Shown in pieces: positions 1 through 9,728 of a stretch of DNA of 64,000 nucleotides. This DNA is from Terriglobia bacterium (GTDB taxonomy: Bacteria > Acidobacteriota > Terriglobia > Bryobacterales > Bryobacteraceae). Position numbers and translations under genes: made by a program. The stretch covers positions 243,414 through 307,413 of the forward strand of contig CAVRCX010000007.1 of NCBI GenBank assembly GCA_963719785.1, in the 5' to 3' direction. Position 1 is the stretch's first letter, and every line of letters starts with the position of its first letter. The notes beneath the pieces are model-generated. The model made no database searches, was not told the DNA's origin, and saw only the letters and a list, made by a program, of their open reading frames with translations.

Positions 1-3000
1 CAGCCCGTTCCCGGCGGGGTCGAAGCCGTTTGCCCTTGCGGCGGGGGATTTCAATGGGAATGGCATGCCGGGTCTCGCCGTAGCCAACAGCGGAGGCAAT
101 ACGGTGACGCTGCTGCTGAATACGCTGTCCGCACTCAATGTAGAATTCTCTTCGCTGAGCTTGTATGGGGTAGTGGGACAGACGGCAACCGCTTCCATTC
201 CCGTCAGCGTGAGTTCGCCGGTTGCGGGATCCACCTACGCGATTTCATCGAATCAGCCGTGGCTCACGCTCAATCCAGTTTCGAATCCAACAGGCGCTTC
301 GGCAATTGTGCATTTGGCCGCTTCTACGGCTTCACTCGTGGCTGGCGTGTACACGGGAATGGTTCGGTATACCGCGCCGAATTTCTTCGCTGCGGCGACC
401 GGCGTGACTCTGAACGTGGCGGCGCCATCGGGGACTCTCGGACCAGCGGCTGCCAGCCCATTCATGGTGGGAGCCAGTCCGCAATCGGTGACCGCGGGGG
501 ATTTCAATGGCGACGGCGCACCGGATTTGGTCACGGCCAATAGCTCGGATAACACCGTAACCGTGTTGCTGGGCGACGGAGCGGGCGGATTCAGACCGGC
601 CTCGGGGAGTCCGTTTCCAGCGGGAATGAATCCGGTTTCCGTAGCCGTAGCCGATTTTAACGGTGACGGCATTCCGGACATCGTATCCGCCAATACTGGT
701 GGGAACAATGTAACCGTACTGCTCGGCGACGGAGCGGGCGGGTTCATGGCGGCAAACGGCAGCCCCTATGCCGTGGGAAGCGAACCGCTCTCCGTGGCCG
801 CCGGCGACTTCAACGGCGACGGCAATCAGGACCTGGTTGTTGCAAACTATGGGGATCGTAATTTGACCGTGCTGCTGGGCGACGGAGCGGGCGGGTTCAC
901 GCCGGCCGCGCACAGTCCTATTGCGGTGGGATCAAATCCCCGGTCCATCGCGGTGGCCGATTTCAATGGCGACGGCAATCCGGATCTGGTGACCGCAACC
1001 GCCGCGAATGCAGCCGTAGTTCTGCTCGGCAACGGGTCGGGCGAGTTCGCCGTAGCGGGGGTCGCTCCGGTCGGGTTTTTCCCGCAATCGGTGGTCGTGG
1101 CCGACGTGAATGGAGACGGTAAACCGGACATCGTCACCGCAAACTCCGGGAGTAACAGCGTAACCGTTCTTCTGGGCAACGGGTCGGGTGGTTTCTCGGC
1201 GGCGTCGGGCAGCCCGATCACGGTGGGAATGAATCCGCAATCGGTGGTGGTGGCGGACATCAATGGAGACGCGCGACCAGACATCGTTACCGTCAATCTG
1301 AACGACAACACCGTAACGATTCTGCTGGGCAATGGAGGGGGCGGGTTCACGGCGGCGCCCGGCAGTCCGTTCGCGGCGGGCGCGACCCCCTACGCGGTGG
1401 CGGCGGCGGACTTTAACGGCGACGGGCGCGGGGATATCGCCATCACCGACGAAGGTGGAAGCGGAGTTACCGTGCTGCTGGGTGCGGCAGCTACTACCAA
1501 TTCAGTGTTGACCACCGCGGGCGGTCTAACCGTTGCGTACGGAGCTTCTATTCCGCTGACGCTGAAAGTAACGCTGCCGTCCGGAGGCTTTAACGCACCG
1601 GCCGGCATGGCAACCTTTATGGACAGTGGGACGGCGATCGGTAACGCCGCGCAGACGGCAACTCCGTACACGTTCGCCGCCACCGGTTTGGCGGCGGGAA
1701 CTCACTTGTTGACCGCCTTGTACGGTGGCAATTCCGCCAGCAACCCCTCGAGCAGCAACACCGTTTCCATCACGGTCACGCAGGGTAGCCAGACCATCGC
1801 GTTCGGGACTTTGATGACGCAGGCGTTCGGGATCGCTCCATTCGTAATCGTCGCGACGGCGTCTTCGGGTCTGGCGGTGGCTCTCGCTTCGACGACTCCT
1901 GCCGTTTGCGCGGTCGTAGGGACCACGGTAACGCTGGTGAGTGTGGGCAGTTGCGGGATTCAGGCTTCTCAGCCGGGCAATGCCAACTACCTTGCGGCCA
2001 CATCGGTAAGCCAAAGCTTCCTGGTGACGCAGGGGACTCAGATCATCACGTTTCCTGTCCTGCCTAATGTGGCGGACGGGACTGCGCCGTTCATGGCAGT
2101 GGCAACCGCGTCTTCCGGTTTGCCCGTGAGTCTCTCCAGCACCAGTGCGTCGATCTGTTCCGTGTCGGGCGTTACCGTTACTCTGCTGCTGGTGGGCGCC
2201 TGCACGCTGCAGGCTACGCAGGCGGGCAACGCGAACTATCTGGCGGCCCTGGCGGTGAGCCAACACTTCTCAGTGACCGCGCAGATCCAAAGCATCACTT
2301 TTGCGGCATTGGCGGCTCAGACCTTCGGTGGGGCGCCGTTTCCCGTTGCCGCAACGGCAACTTCGGGACTTCCGGTGGCCTTCACTTCGACGACAATGCC
2401 CGTATGCACGGTGTCGGGAACCACGGTGACATTGGCGGGGGCGGGAATGTGTACGATTCGCGCCTCGCAGGCCGGCAACAGCAGTTTCGCGGCGGCCCCG
2501 GCGGTGAGTCAGGGCTTTACAGTAGCGCCCGGAGTCCAGACCATTACGTTCACCGCTCTGTCCGACCGAGCATTCGGGACGGCCCCATTTACGGTCAGCG
2601 CGACCGCTTCGTCCGGAGCCGCCATCAGCTTCGTGTCTACAACGTCCTCCACCTGCACGGTATCGAAGGCCACTGTCACGCTGACGAGCGCGGGCACTTG
2701 CACGATTCAGGCCTCGCAGCCCGGAACCGTCAATTACGCAGTCGCCGCGCAGGTGAACCAGAGCTTCATGGTGACGCCCGGAAGCCAGACGATCGCTTTC
2801 GCCATCTTGCCCGGAAAGGTACTCGGCGTGGCGCCATTTACGGTCAGCGCGACCGCTTCGTCGGGCCTTGCAGTCAGTTTCTCGTCGACTACTTCCACTG
2901 TATGCACGGTGTCCGCCGCGACCGTTTCGCTGGTGCTGGCGGGCACATGCACCATCGAGGCGGATCAGGCGGGGAGCGGTAATTACGCCGCGGCCGCGCC

Positions 3001-4255
3001 CGTCGACCAGAGCTTCACGGTTACGCCCGGAAGCCAGACCATCAAGTTCGGCGTTCTCGCAAACCAGGCACTGGGGACCGCGCCGTTCATGCTGAGCGCC
3101 ACCGCAACATCGGGCCTTCCCGTCAGCTTCGCGACAACCAGCGCCGCGGTTTGCACGGTCGCAGGATCCACCGTGACTCTGCTGAGCGCCGGGACGTGCA
3201 CGATTGCGGCTTCGCAAACGGGTAACACCAACTATGCGCCGGCCACCACGGTGAGCGAGCACTTCACGGTGACGCCCGGCAGCCAGACCATTACCTTCGC
3301 TGCCCTTGCGGACCAGGCATTCGGGACCACTCCATTGACACTTACGGCCACCGCTTCCTCGGGACTTACGGTAAGTTTCGCTGCCATCGGGTTGCCGGTG
3401 TGTACAGTGGCGGGCGCGACGGTAACGCTGGTGAGCGTAGGCGTGTGCTCGGTCCAGGCTTTGCAGGCGGGTAATGCGAACTACGCCGCGGCCACTCCGG
3501 TGGTGCAGACGTTCACGGTCTATTTGGGAGGGGTGGTCATTCAATCGGTGGTGAATGCGGCTTCCTACGCCGCCGTGCCGATTGTCTCGAATGGCTACAC
3601 GACGGCATTTGGGAGTAATTTCTCGACGGTTATGGCGCAGAGCAAGTCGCCGCTTCCGACGATTCTGGCAGGCGCGACAGTGACGGTGACCGATGTAAAT
3701 GGAACGACGCTGCCGGCGTCGCTTTACTATGCCTCTCCGACACAGATCAACTTCGTGGTTCCGGCGGGTCTGGCGCCCGGCAGCGCTGTTGTCACCATTG
3801 CAAATCTGAGCGGGAACAACGGCAGGTTCGCCACCACCATCGCACCGGTTTCGCCGTCGCTTTTCACGGCCAATGCGAGCGGCATGGGTGTGGCCGCCGC
3901 AACGGCCATTGCGTATGTCAAAGGTGCCACTCCAAAGGTGTTGCCGGTCTTCAACTGCACCGGTTCCCCGACGGTCTGCACTGCCGTTCCCCTCAACCTT
4001 GGCACATCCTCAACCAGTGTTTATCTGGTGCTGTTCGGCACCGGCATCAGGGGACGCAGCAGTCTTGCCGGAGTGTCGGCGACGCTGGGCGCGACTGCGC
4101 TGAACGTGACTTATGCGGGCGCGCAAAGCACCTTTCCGGGCCTCGATCAGGTTAATGTGCTGCTGGATCGTTCACTGATCGGACAGGGGCTGCTGCCTTT
4201 GCAACTTACGGTGGATGGCGTGGCGGCGAATCCCGTGACCGTGGATATCAATTGA
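1..4255 (+). CDS. Large secreted or cell-surface protein with about 12 FG-GAP (VCBS-like) beta-propeller repeats, about 9 tandem Ig-like domains and a C-terminal TIGR03437 (Solibacter-type) domain. The 5' end is cut by the window edge.
   Basis: ORF 65..4255 stays open in-frame back to position 1, where the upstream codons spell another DFNGNG FG-GAP motif. It carries many DFNGDGxPDLV...NTVTVLLGDGAGGF repeats, then roughly 90-aa repeats of the form TPGSQTITF...CTVSG..CTIQASQ. The C-terminal IQSVVNAASY... segment resembles the TIGR03437 domain. Confidence 0.8.
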   Translation, partial: SPFPAGSKPFALAAGDFNGNGMPGLAVANSGGNTVTLLLNTLSALNVEFSSLSLYGVVGQTATASIPVSVSSPVAGSTYAISSNQPWLTLNPVSNPTGASAIVHLAASTASLVAGVYTGMVRYTAPNFFAAATGVTLNVAAPSGTLGPAAASPFMVGASPQSVTAGDFNGDGAPDLVTANSSDNTVTVLLGDGAGGFRPASGSPFPAGMNPVSVAVADFNGDGIPDIVSANTGGNNVTVLLGDGAGGFMAANGSPYAVGSEPLSVAAGDFNGDGNQDLVVANYGDRNLTVLLGDGAGGFTPAAHSPIAVGSNPRSIAVADFNGDGNPDLVTATAANAAVVLLGNGSGEFAVAGVAPVGFFPQSVVVADVNGDGKPDIVTANSGSNSVTVLLGNGSGGFSAASGSPITVGMNPQSVVVADINGDARPDIVTVNLNDNTVTILLGNGGGGFTAAPGSPFAAGATPYAVAAADFNGDGRGDIAITDEGGSGVTVLLGAAATTNSVLTTAGGLTVAYGASIPLTLKVTLPSGGFNAPAGMATFMDSGTAIGNAAQTATPYTFAATGLAAGTHLLTALYGGNSASNPSSSNTVSITVTQGSQTIAFGTLMTQAFGIAPFVIVATASSGLAVALASTTPAVCAVVGTTVTLVSVGSCGIQASQPGNANYLAATSVSQSFLVTQGTQIITFPVLPNVADGTAPFMAVATASSGLPVSLSSTSASICSVSGVTVTLLLVGACTLQATQAGNANYLAALAVSQHFSVTAQIQSITFAALAAQTFGGAPFPVAATATSGLPVAFTSTTMPVCTVSGTTVTLAGAGMCTIRASQAGNSSFAAAPAVSQGFTVAPGVQTITFTALSDRAFGTAPFTVSATASSGAAISFVSTTSSTCTVSKATVTLTSAGTCTIQASQPGTVNYAVAAQVNQSFMVTPGSQTIAFAILPGKVLGVAPFTVSATASSGLAVSFSSTTSTVCTVSAATVSLVLAGTCTIEADQAGSGNYAAAAPVDQSFTVTPGSQTIKFGVLANQALGTAPFMLSATATSGLPVSFATTSAAVCTVAGSTVTLLSAGTCTIAASQTGNTNYAPATTVSEHFTVTPGSQTITFAALADQAFGTTPLTLTATASSGLTVSFAAIGLPVCTVAGATVTLVSVGVCSVQALQAGNANYAAATPVVQTFTVYLGGVVIQSVVNAASYAAVPIVSNGYTTAFGSNFSTVMAQSKSPLPTILAGATVTVTDVNGTTLPASLYYASPTQINFVVPAGLAPGSAVVTIANLSGNNGRFATTIAPVSPSLFTANASGMGVAAATAIAYVKGATPKVLPVFNCTGSPTVCTAVPLNLGTSSTSVYLVLFGTGIRGRSSLAGVSATLGATALNVTYAGAQSTFPGLDQVNVLLDRSLIGQGLLPLQLTVDGVAANPVTVDIN
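1500..3520 (+). repeat. Intragenic tandem repeats of about 270 bp, each encoding one Ig-like domain of the surface protein
   Basis: Recurring ...acggtgacgcccggaagccagac... nucleotide units and recurring protein blocks VTPGSQTIxF...SSGLxVSF.STT...CTV.G.TVTL.S.GTCTI.A.Q.GN.NYAAA. Confidence 0.6.
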
Positions 4256-4530
4256 ACGCATTCTGGCAGTCTGAGATGCGGCTCAACATGCCTCCGTCCG
4301 CATAGCCGGTTAATCGCTTCATCAGGCGATCCGTCTTGTTACCCTGGGGGCTTTCGGCCTCTGGTAGATACGCGTACTCCTGAATGCGGGAGTTAGCAAA
4401 AGCGTGCACATCCAGGTCCAACGAGGCGCTCCGATTATCATAACGAATATAGCTTCGGGCGGATCATTTCATGTATTATCGGGAACCTTGGTCGGCCGCG
4501 CGGCAATCTAACGTCGAGGGGAATCATAGC

Positions 4531-5337
4531 GTGTTCATAAAAAACGGTCCGCATTCGACAATCCGGCGCCGGGGGCGAGCCCAACTGATCTCTTCGCTCC
4601 GCGCGCTGCTTCTGCTTGCACCCGCGCTGGTCTTTTCGGCTTTCGCGCAGCAGCAGGCCACGCCGGATCCGGCTGCCGCCCCGCCAGCGCCGCCGGTTCA
4701 GAATGTCGTGCCGCAGCCTCAGGCCGCGACCTCGAACGACCACATGTTCGACCTGATCCCCAATTTTCTGACGCTGGAGAATGCCAGCAACGTCCCTCCC
4801 CTCACCGCAGGCGCAAAGTTCAAAGCGGTTGCGCGAGGCGCGTTCGACTGGGGGGAGTTCGTGTGGATCGCGGGAGTTTCCGGCCTTGGGCAACTGAACA
4901 ACAGCGAGCCGGCATACCACCAGGGTTTGGAGGGCTATGGCAAACGCTACGCGACTAATTTCGGCGACGGCGTCACCGAAAATTTCATGACCAGCGCGAT
5001 CTTTCCCTCAATCCTCAAGCAGGATCCCCGCTTCTATCAGTCAAGTAAAGGCTCGTTCCTGCACCGCGTGGGCTACGCCGCCAGCCGGATTGTGATTACG
5101 CGGAGCGATTCGGGCTCCGCGCAGTTCAATTTCTCGGAGGTTTTAGGGAGCGCCACGGCGGCCGCCATCTCCACCTACAGTTATCATCCGCGTTCGGAGA
5201 AGACGATCTCAAATACAGCCAGCGTCTGGGCCACGGAGGTTGCATATGACGCGCTGTCGTATACCTTTAAGGAGTTCTGGCCGGATATTCGCAAAAAGGT
5301 CTTTCACCAGAAGGCCCCCGCGCCTCCGTCGCACTGA
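4531..5337 (+). CDS. Hypothetical secreted protein
   Basis: ORF 4471..5337. The likely start is the GTG at 4531, preceded by a GAGGGGA Shine-Dalgarno, giving an N-terminus MFIKNGPHSTIRRRGRAQLISSLRALLLLAPALVFSAFAQQ that reads as a signal peptide. No recognisable domain. Confidence 0.4.
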   Translation: MFIKNGPHSTIRRRGRAQLISSLRALLLLAPALVFSAFAQQQATPDPAAAPPAPPVQNVVPQPQAATSNDHMFDLIPNFLTLENASNVPPLTAGAKFKAVARGAFDWGEFVWIAGVSGLGQLNNSEPAYHQGLEGYGKRYATNFGDGVTENFMTSAIFPSILKQDPRFYQSSKGSFLHRVGYAASRIVITRSDSGSAQFNFSEVLGSATAAAISTYSYHPRSEKTISNTASVWATEVAYDALSYTFKEFWPDIRKKVFHQKAPAPPSH

Positions 5338-5362
5338 GCCGCCAACCCGGCGCGCCCCCGAG

Positions 5363-6736
5363 CTATTTGTCAAACGTGATGTTGGAATCGGCGCTGAATT
5401 TCCGGTAATTGCGGAACTCGATCACGTTCCGGCTGCAACCTGAACTGCCCGTGTTGCACGACATGTTAACGCTCTGGGTCGGCAGCAGATATCGTGTGCC
5501 TTCAATGCTCACGTAGCCGTACTCCACCATGGATTCCGCCTTATCGTAGGCGAAATCGCGGGGCAGCCCGAGCGCCTGTTGCTCGATGCGCAGCACGCGC
5601 CGGGTGTCTTTATCGATCCAGATCCTGCCCCTGTATGCCGGCTTGTACTGGCGGCCATTCTCCGACATCAGGATCCAGTGCGAGTGCGGCTGCTCCACGC
5701 TGAGCGTGTAAACCAACGCGGCGCGATTGCCGAGCCGATCTTCGCCATCAGGTTTAAACGCGGCCGCGGTCATCGGCGAAAGGATGTCATCCAGCGTCAC
5801 CTGGAATTCGCCGGTGGACCAGGCCCCGGTGTCCTCCGGGCGCGTCGTGGGGCGCCCGTTGACCTTGATATTGCGGTAATCTTCTTTACCATTCACGGAG
5901 GCGACATCGGCCGTCACCACATCCACGCTCTTCCAGTTGTCCACGTAGCGCGATCCCTGATAGCGGGTAGTAACCTGCTGGACCAGAAAGTTGGGAAGGT
6001 CCGAACTGAACGACCGGGCGGCATCGCGGGCATCGTCGATCACCGAATCCGTGGAAGACACCGAGGAAGCCGAGGATACCGGGTCGTCGGCCTTGGTCCC
6101 GGTGTCTTCTCTATGCAGACTGGGGCGTCCGCCATCGGAGCTGGAACTCCTATCCGGCGCATCCTGACGCCGCAGCGTAGGGTGTCCGTCGTCGGAACTC
6201 GAATCCGGACCCGAATCCTCCCGGTGCAATGTAGGGCGTCCGGTGTCGTTGCTTCCCAAATCGGAAACTGTGCGCGAACTCTCGGCCGATCCGTTGGTGG
6301 AATGGGGGCGCCCGAAATCGTCCGGATCCGGCGTGGAAATGCGCGCTTCATCGACATGCGCTTCGGCCGCCGCGCGTTCCGAGCTGTTGCCGGCGTGGTC
6401 CAGAATTACATGCACGGCCGTTCCTGGATCGTTGGGAAAGACATCGATGGTCACGCGGTCACCGGGATGAGGCTTCCCGCCGTCCTTGCTGCGGAACTCG
6501 GTGCCGGGAGTCACCAGAAATCGCAGCATCTTGTCGGACTTGGTGTGTACCACCACATCCACTTCGCTGATGCTGCGCAGAGTGCCGTCGAGGGACACCA
6601 CGGTAATCTTCCCCGGCGTGTCTTTGGGTTTGCGTTGCGGCAGGTGGATGTTCGGCATAGGGATGCCGACGCCCATGCCCGGATAGTACTGACCGAAAGC
6701 AGGGACCAAAACGATGATCAGCAGCAACAGCCGCAT
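5363..6736 (-). CDS. Hypothetical secreted protein with an internal acidic, Ser-rich tandem-repeat linker
   Basis: N-terminal signal peptide MRLLLLIIVLVPAFGQ. About three tandem 19-aa repeats (GRPTLHREDSGPDSSSDDG / HPTLRRQDAPDRSSSSDGG / RPSLHREDTGTKADD) join an N-terminal domain to a roughly 230-aa C-terminal domain of unknown function. Confidence 0.5.
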   Translation of the reverse strand: MRLLLLIIVLVPAFGQYYPGMGVGIPMPNIHLPQRKPKDTPGKITVVSLDGTLRSISEVDVVVHTKSDKMLRFLVTPGTEFRSKDGGKPHPGDRVTIDVFPNDPGTAVHVILDHAGNSSERAAAEAHVDEARISTPDPDDFGRPHSTNGSAESSRTVSDLGSNDTGRPTLHREDSGPDSSSDDGHPTLRRQDAPDRSSSSDGGRPSLHREDTGTKADDPVSSASSVSSTDSVIDDARDAARSFSSDLPNFLVQQVTTRYQGSRYVDNWKSVDVVTADVASVNGKEDYRNIKVNGRPTTRPEDTGAWSTGEFQVTLDDILSPMTAAAFKPDGEDRLGNRAALVYTLSVEQPHSHWILMSENGRQYKPAYRGRIWIDKDTRRVLRIEQQALGLPRDFAYDKAESMVEYGYVSIEGTRYLLPTQSVNMSCNTGSSGCSRNVIEFRNYRKFSADSNITFDK

Positions 6737-6800
6737 ACGCCTGCGTCAAATATACCAAGGCTGGTGGGGCAGATTTCCGATCTGCCCTCTTTCCGGCCTG

Positions 6801-7022
6801 CTAATGCGCTTTCCTCAGCTCCTCGATCGAGGTCTCACCCAGGCAAAGCCGCTCCGCATCGAGGAAAGTCAGCGGCAGGCCATCCACAAGAAGTTTCGTC
6901 AGTCCCTCGTTGGGCAAAAGATCCACCTGCCCGAACCGTCGTTCCAGACATCGGACAAGCTGCTCCATATTCAGGGGCCGGTCCACGGGATTGAGCGGCC
7001 TGTCAATAGGCAATCGACTCAC
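6801..7022 (-). CDS. Small hypothetical protein (73 aa), possibly a DUF433-like helix-turn-helix protein. Its start and stop overlap the upstream pilin gene.
   Basis: The ORF shares 4 bp with the pilin gene (7019..7022), which implies co-transcription. The C-terminal LPLTFLDAERLCLGETSIEELRKAH is DUF433-like. Weak call. Confidence 0.3.
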   Translation of the reverse strand: MSRLPIDRPLNPVDRPLNMEQLVRCLERRFGQVDLLPNEGLTKLLVDGLPLTFLDAERLCLGETSIEELRKAH

Positions 7023-7558
7023 TGCTGCGGAGCTGGCGCCGGAGCTGGAGAACCAGACGCCGGAGCCGCCTGTTCCTTCTGCGATTCGCCAATCAGAGGA
7101 TCGGCCACGGTGGCCGCTTCCTGGCCATTGTGCTGGTGGATCGACATGCTCTGGTCGGAGAAATAGGTGTGCGTACCGGCCGTGCCGAATTGCAGCGGGA
7201 CCGCCGCCACCGCGTAACCCGTGGCCGTGGGTTGAAGGTTAAACTTAAACCCACCTTTTTCGCCGCTGGCCAGATCGCGGTCGATCAGTTCCGCTCCGCT
7301 GGGGCCCGCCGTGCCGCTGGTGGGAGGTCCCAGTTGCGTCAGCGAGGTCGCATATTGGCCATATTGCGAATAATACTGGGTCTCCGCGGTGTGGATGGTG
7401 GTGATCGCCTTCACGGCCGCCATTTCCTGAGCGTAGGTGCGCGCTTTGGTCAGTTTCGGCAATGCCACCGCCAGAATAATGAGGATGATGGCAATGACTA
7501 TAAGGAGTTCGATCAGCGAAAAACCAGCCTTGCGCCGGCGCTTCAGGTCGGAATACAT
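7019..7558 (-). CDS. Type IV pilin / pseudopilin with prepilin-type N-terminal cleavage/methylation domain
   Basis: MYSDLKRRRKAG/FSLIELLIVIAIILIILAVALP is a canonical class III leader with the G-F cleavage site and a Glu at +5. It sits directly downstream of tsaC on the same strand. Confidence 0.85.
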   Translation of the reverse strand: MYSDLKRRRKAGFSLIELLIVIAIILIILAVALPKLTKARTYAQEMAAVKAITTIHTAETQYYSQYGQYATSLTQLGPPTSGTAGPSGAELIDRDLASGEKGGFKFNLQPTATGYAVAAVPLQFGTAGTHTYFSDQSMSIHQHNGQEAATVADPLIGESQKEQAAPASGSPAPAPAPQQ

Positions 7559-7600
7559 AAAGGTGTCTCTATTTTATGACGATATACGAGGCGTGTGCGT

Positions 7601-8500
7601 TTAGGACGAACTTCCCGGGGTCGAACTGGAGGAAGCCCGGCGCAGGCGGTCGCGAATTCCCGCCCAGTCTGGCGTGTCAGGCGGCGGCTCGATGGCAATC
7701 CAGTCGAAGCCGTGCTCATCCAGTTCGTGAAGCACACGGTAGAGCCGCGCCCCGTAAGCCGCCGCATCGTCCGGCATATTCGACCCATCCAGACGAAAAC
7801 CCCGCCCCGTCCCCGGCGAATCGCCCAGAACGATCCGCGTCCGCGGGCTGTAATGCCTGGGATGCTGCCCCGGAGACTCTGCGCCGCCGCCCACTTCGAC
7901 CGGACCGATCAGCGCTTCAATCTGAGGCCGCGTTATGAATCCAGGCCGCAATATCCGGGGTATCTCGCCGCAGAACGAAATGACCGTGCTCTCGATCCCC
8001 ACCGTACAATCGCCCCCATCGAGGATCATGTCGACCGCATCCCCCAGCCTCTGGCGAACATGTTCCGCCGTGGTCGGGGAAAGCTGCGTAAACCGGTTCG
8101 CGCTGGGTGCCGCAATGGGAATGCCGGCGGCCCGCAACAGATCCAGCGCCAAAGGGTGCGACGGGACGCGAAAGCCGGCGCCAGGCAGGCCCGCGGTAAC
8201 GATATCGGGAATCTCGGCCTTCTTCGGAACGATCAAGGTCAACGGACCTGGCCAGAAACGCTGGGCCAGCGCTTCGGCTTCCGCGGGCCAGACAAGCGCC
8301 AGTTCCCGAGCCATCCCGGCATCGGCGACATGCACGATGACCGGGCTGCTGAACGGCCGCCCCTTAACCTCAAAGATCCGCCGCACGGCCAGGGCGTCGA
8401 GAGCGTTAGCCCCCAGACCATATACCGTTTCGGTTGGGAAAGCGACCAACCCGCCCGACCGAAGCAACCCCGCCGCTCGCTCGATTTCGCGCGCCATATC
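7601..8500 (-). CDS. tsaC: L-threonylcarbamoyladenylate synthase (Sua5/YrdC family, with C-terminal Sua5 domain)
   Basis: The motif GGLVAFPTETVYGLGANALD plus ...APSANRF... and a Sua5 C-terminal domain. The listed ORF reaches 8641, but the start is more likely MAREIERAAGLL at 8500, which leaves a 73-bp gap after the prfB stop. Confidence 0.8.
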   Translation of the reverse strand, partial: DMAREIERAAGLLRSGGLVAFPTETVYGLGANALDALAVRRIFEVKGRPFSSPVIVHVADAGMARELALVWPAEAEALAQRFWPGPLTLIVPKKAEIPDIVTAGLPGAGFRVPSHPLALDLLRAAGIPIAAPSANRFTQLSPTTAEHVRQRLGDAVDMILDGGDCTVGIESTVISFCGEIPRILRPGFITRPQIEALIGPVEVGGGAESPGQHPRHYSPRTRIVLGDSPGTGRGFRLDGSNMPDDAAAYGARLYRVLHELDEHGFDWIAIEPPPDTPDWAGIRDRLRRASSSSTPGSSS

Positions 8501-8573
8501 ACTCAAAATCGCAACCACGTGGGGCGGGTTGCCAACCTGGTTGGCAACCTGCGGCCGATTGGTAATCGGCCTG

Positions 8574-9708
8574 TTAATCCGGAAGCTCATCGCCCGTATC
8601 GTTGGCCGTCTTACCGGTCTTCCGCCAAACCAGATAAGCATGGATCAGCGCTTCCATATCGCCATCCAGAACGCGGTCCACATCGCCGATCGAAAGCTTG
8701 GTCCGATGATCTTTGATCATGCGATACGGGGCCAGCACATAACTCCGAATCTGGCTTCCGAAATTAATCTCCAGCTTTGAAGCCTCGGTCTTGCGCGACT
8801 CCTCCCGCTTCTTCTCGAGCTCCGCCTCATACAGCTTGGCGCGCAGTTGCTTCATCGCGCTGTCGCGATTCTTATGCTGCGACCGCTCATTCTGGCACTG
8901 CACCACGGTATTAGTCGGCAAGTGGGTAATCCGCACCGCCGAATCCGTCATATTGACGTGCTGCCCGCCCGCGCCGCCGGAGCGGAACGTGTCGATGCGA
9001 AGATCTTCCAGCTTGATATCGATCTTGATCTCATCGTCGATCTGCGGATAAACGAACACCGAAGCAAACGAAGTATGGCGCCGGGCGTTGGCATCGAACG
9101 GCGAGATGCGCACCAGCCGATGCACGCCGATTTCCGATTGCAGCATGCCGTAAGCGTTAGGGCCGTTGACCTCAAAAGTGACGGACTTGATTCCCGCGCC
9201 TTCACCCTCCAGCCGGTCCGTGATGACGATGCCGAAGTTATTGCGCTCCGCCCAACGCAGGTACATGCGCATCAGCATCTCCGCCCAGTCCTGCGATTCC
9301 GTCCCACCCGCCCCCGGATGGATCGTCATGATAGCGGGCAGCGAGTCGTTATCGCCCGCCAGCAGCATCTGATCTTCGAGCTTGGTCAGCAGTGCGGAAT
9401 AATTCTTCAGCGCCGGAACGAGTTCGCCTTCCACGGACTCGCCTTCGCGCGCCAGTTCGAAAAGGGTGTCGAGATCGTCCGTCAACGACGCAATGCGCTC
9501 GTTGTTCTCAATGGCTTCCTCAAGCCGTTTGCGGTCCTGCATCGTCTTCTGGCTCTTCGCCGGATCGGACCAGAAGTTCGGCTCGGAAATCAGCTCACCG
9601 ATGCGGTTGAGCTCTATCTTCTTTTTGGGGGCGTCAAAGATAACTCCGCACGGCAGATGCCTGTTCGCGGAGCGGCGAGTATTCGCGTTCCAGTTCTTCG
9701 AGACTCAT
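8574..9708 (-). CDS. prfB: Peptide chain release factor 2, expressed through a programmed +1 ribosomal frameshift
   Basis: The main ORF (8574..9542) holds the GGQ motif (RSGGAGGQHVNMTDSAVRITHLPT) and SPF-like sequence. Upstream in the +1-offset frame is MSLEELEREYSPLREQASAVRSYL, ending at the canonical shift site TAT CTT TGA C (plus-strand complement gtcaaagata at about 9633..9642). A GGAG Shine-Dalgarno-like element lies 3 nt upstream of CTT. Confidence 0.9.
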
Positions 9709-9728
9709 ATGACTTGGTTTCTTTCATT

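Noticed and set aside
1526-3544. Minus-strand ORFs of 246 and 424 aa inside the FG-GAP/Ig gene
   Set aside because: Antisense to a gene with unmistakable repeat-domain architecture. The translations are Arg- and Gly-rich junk.
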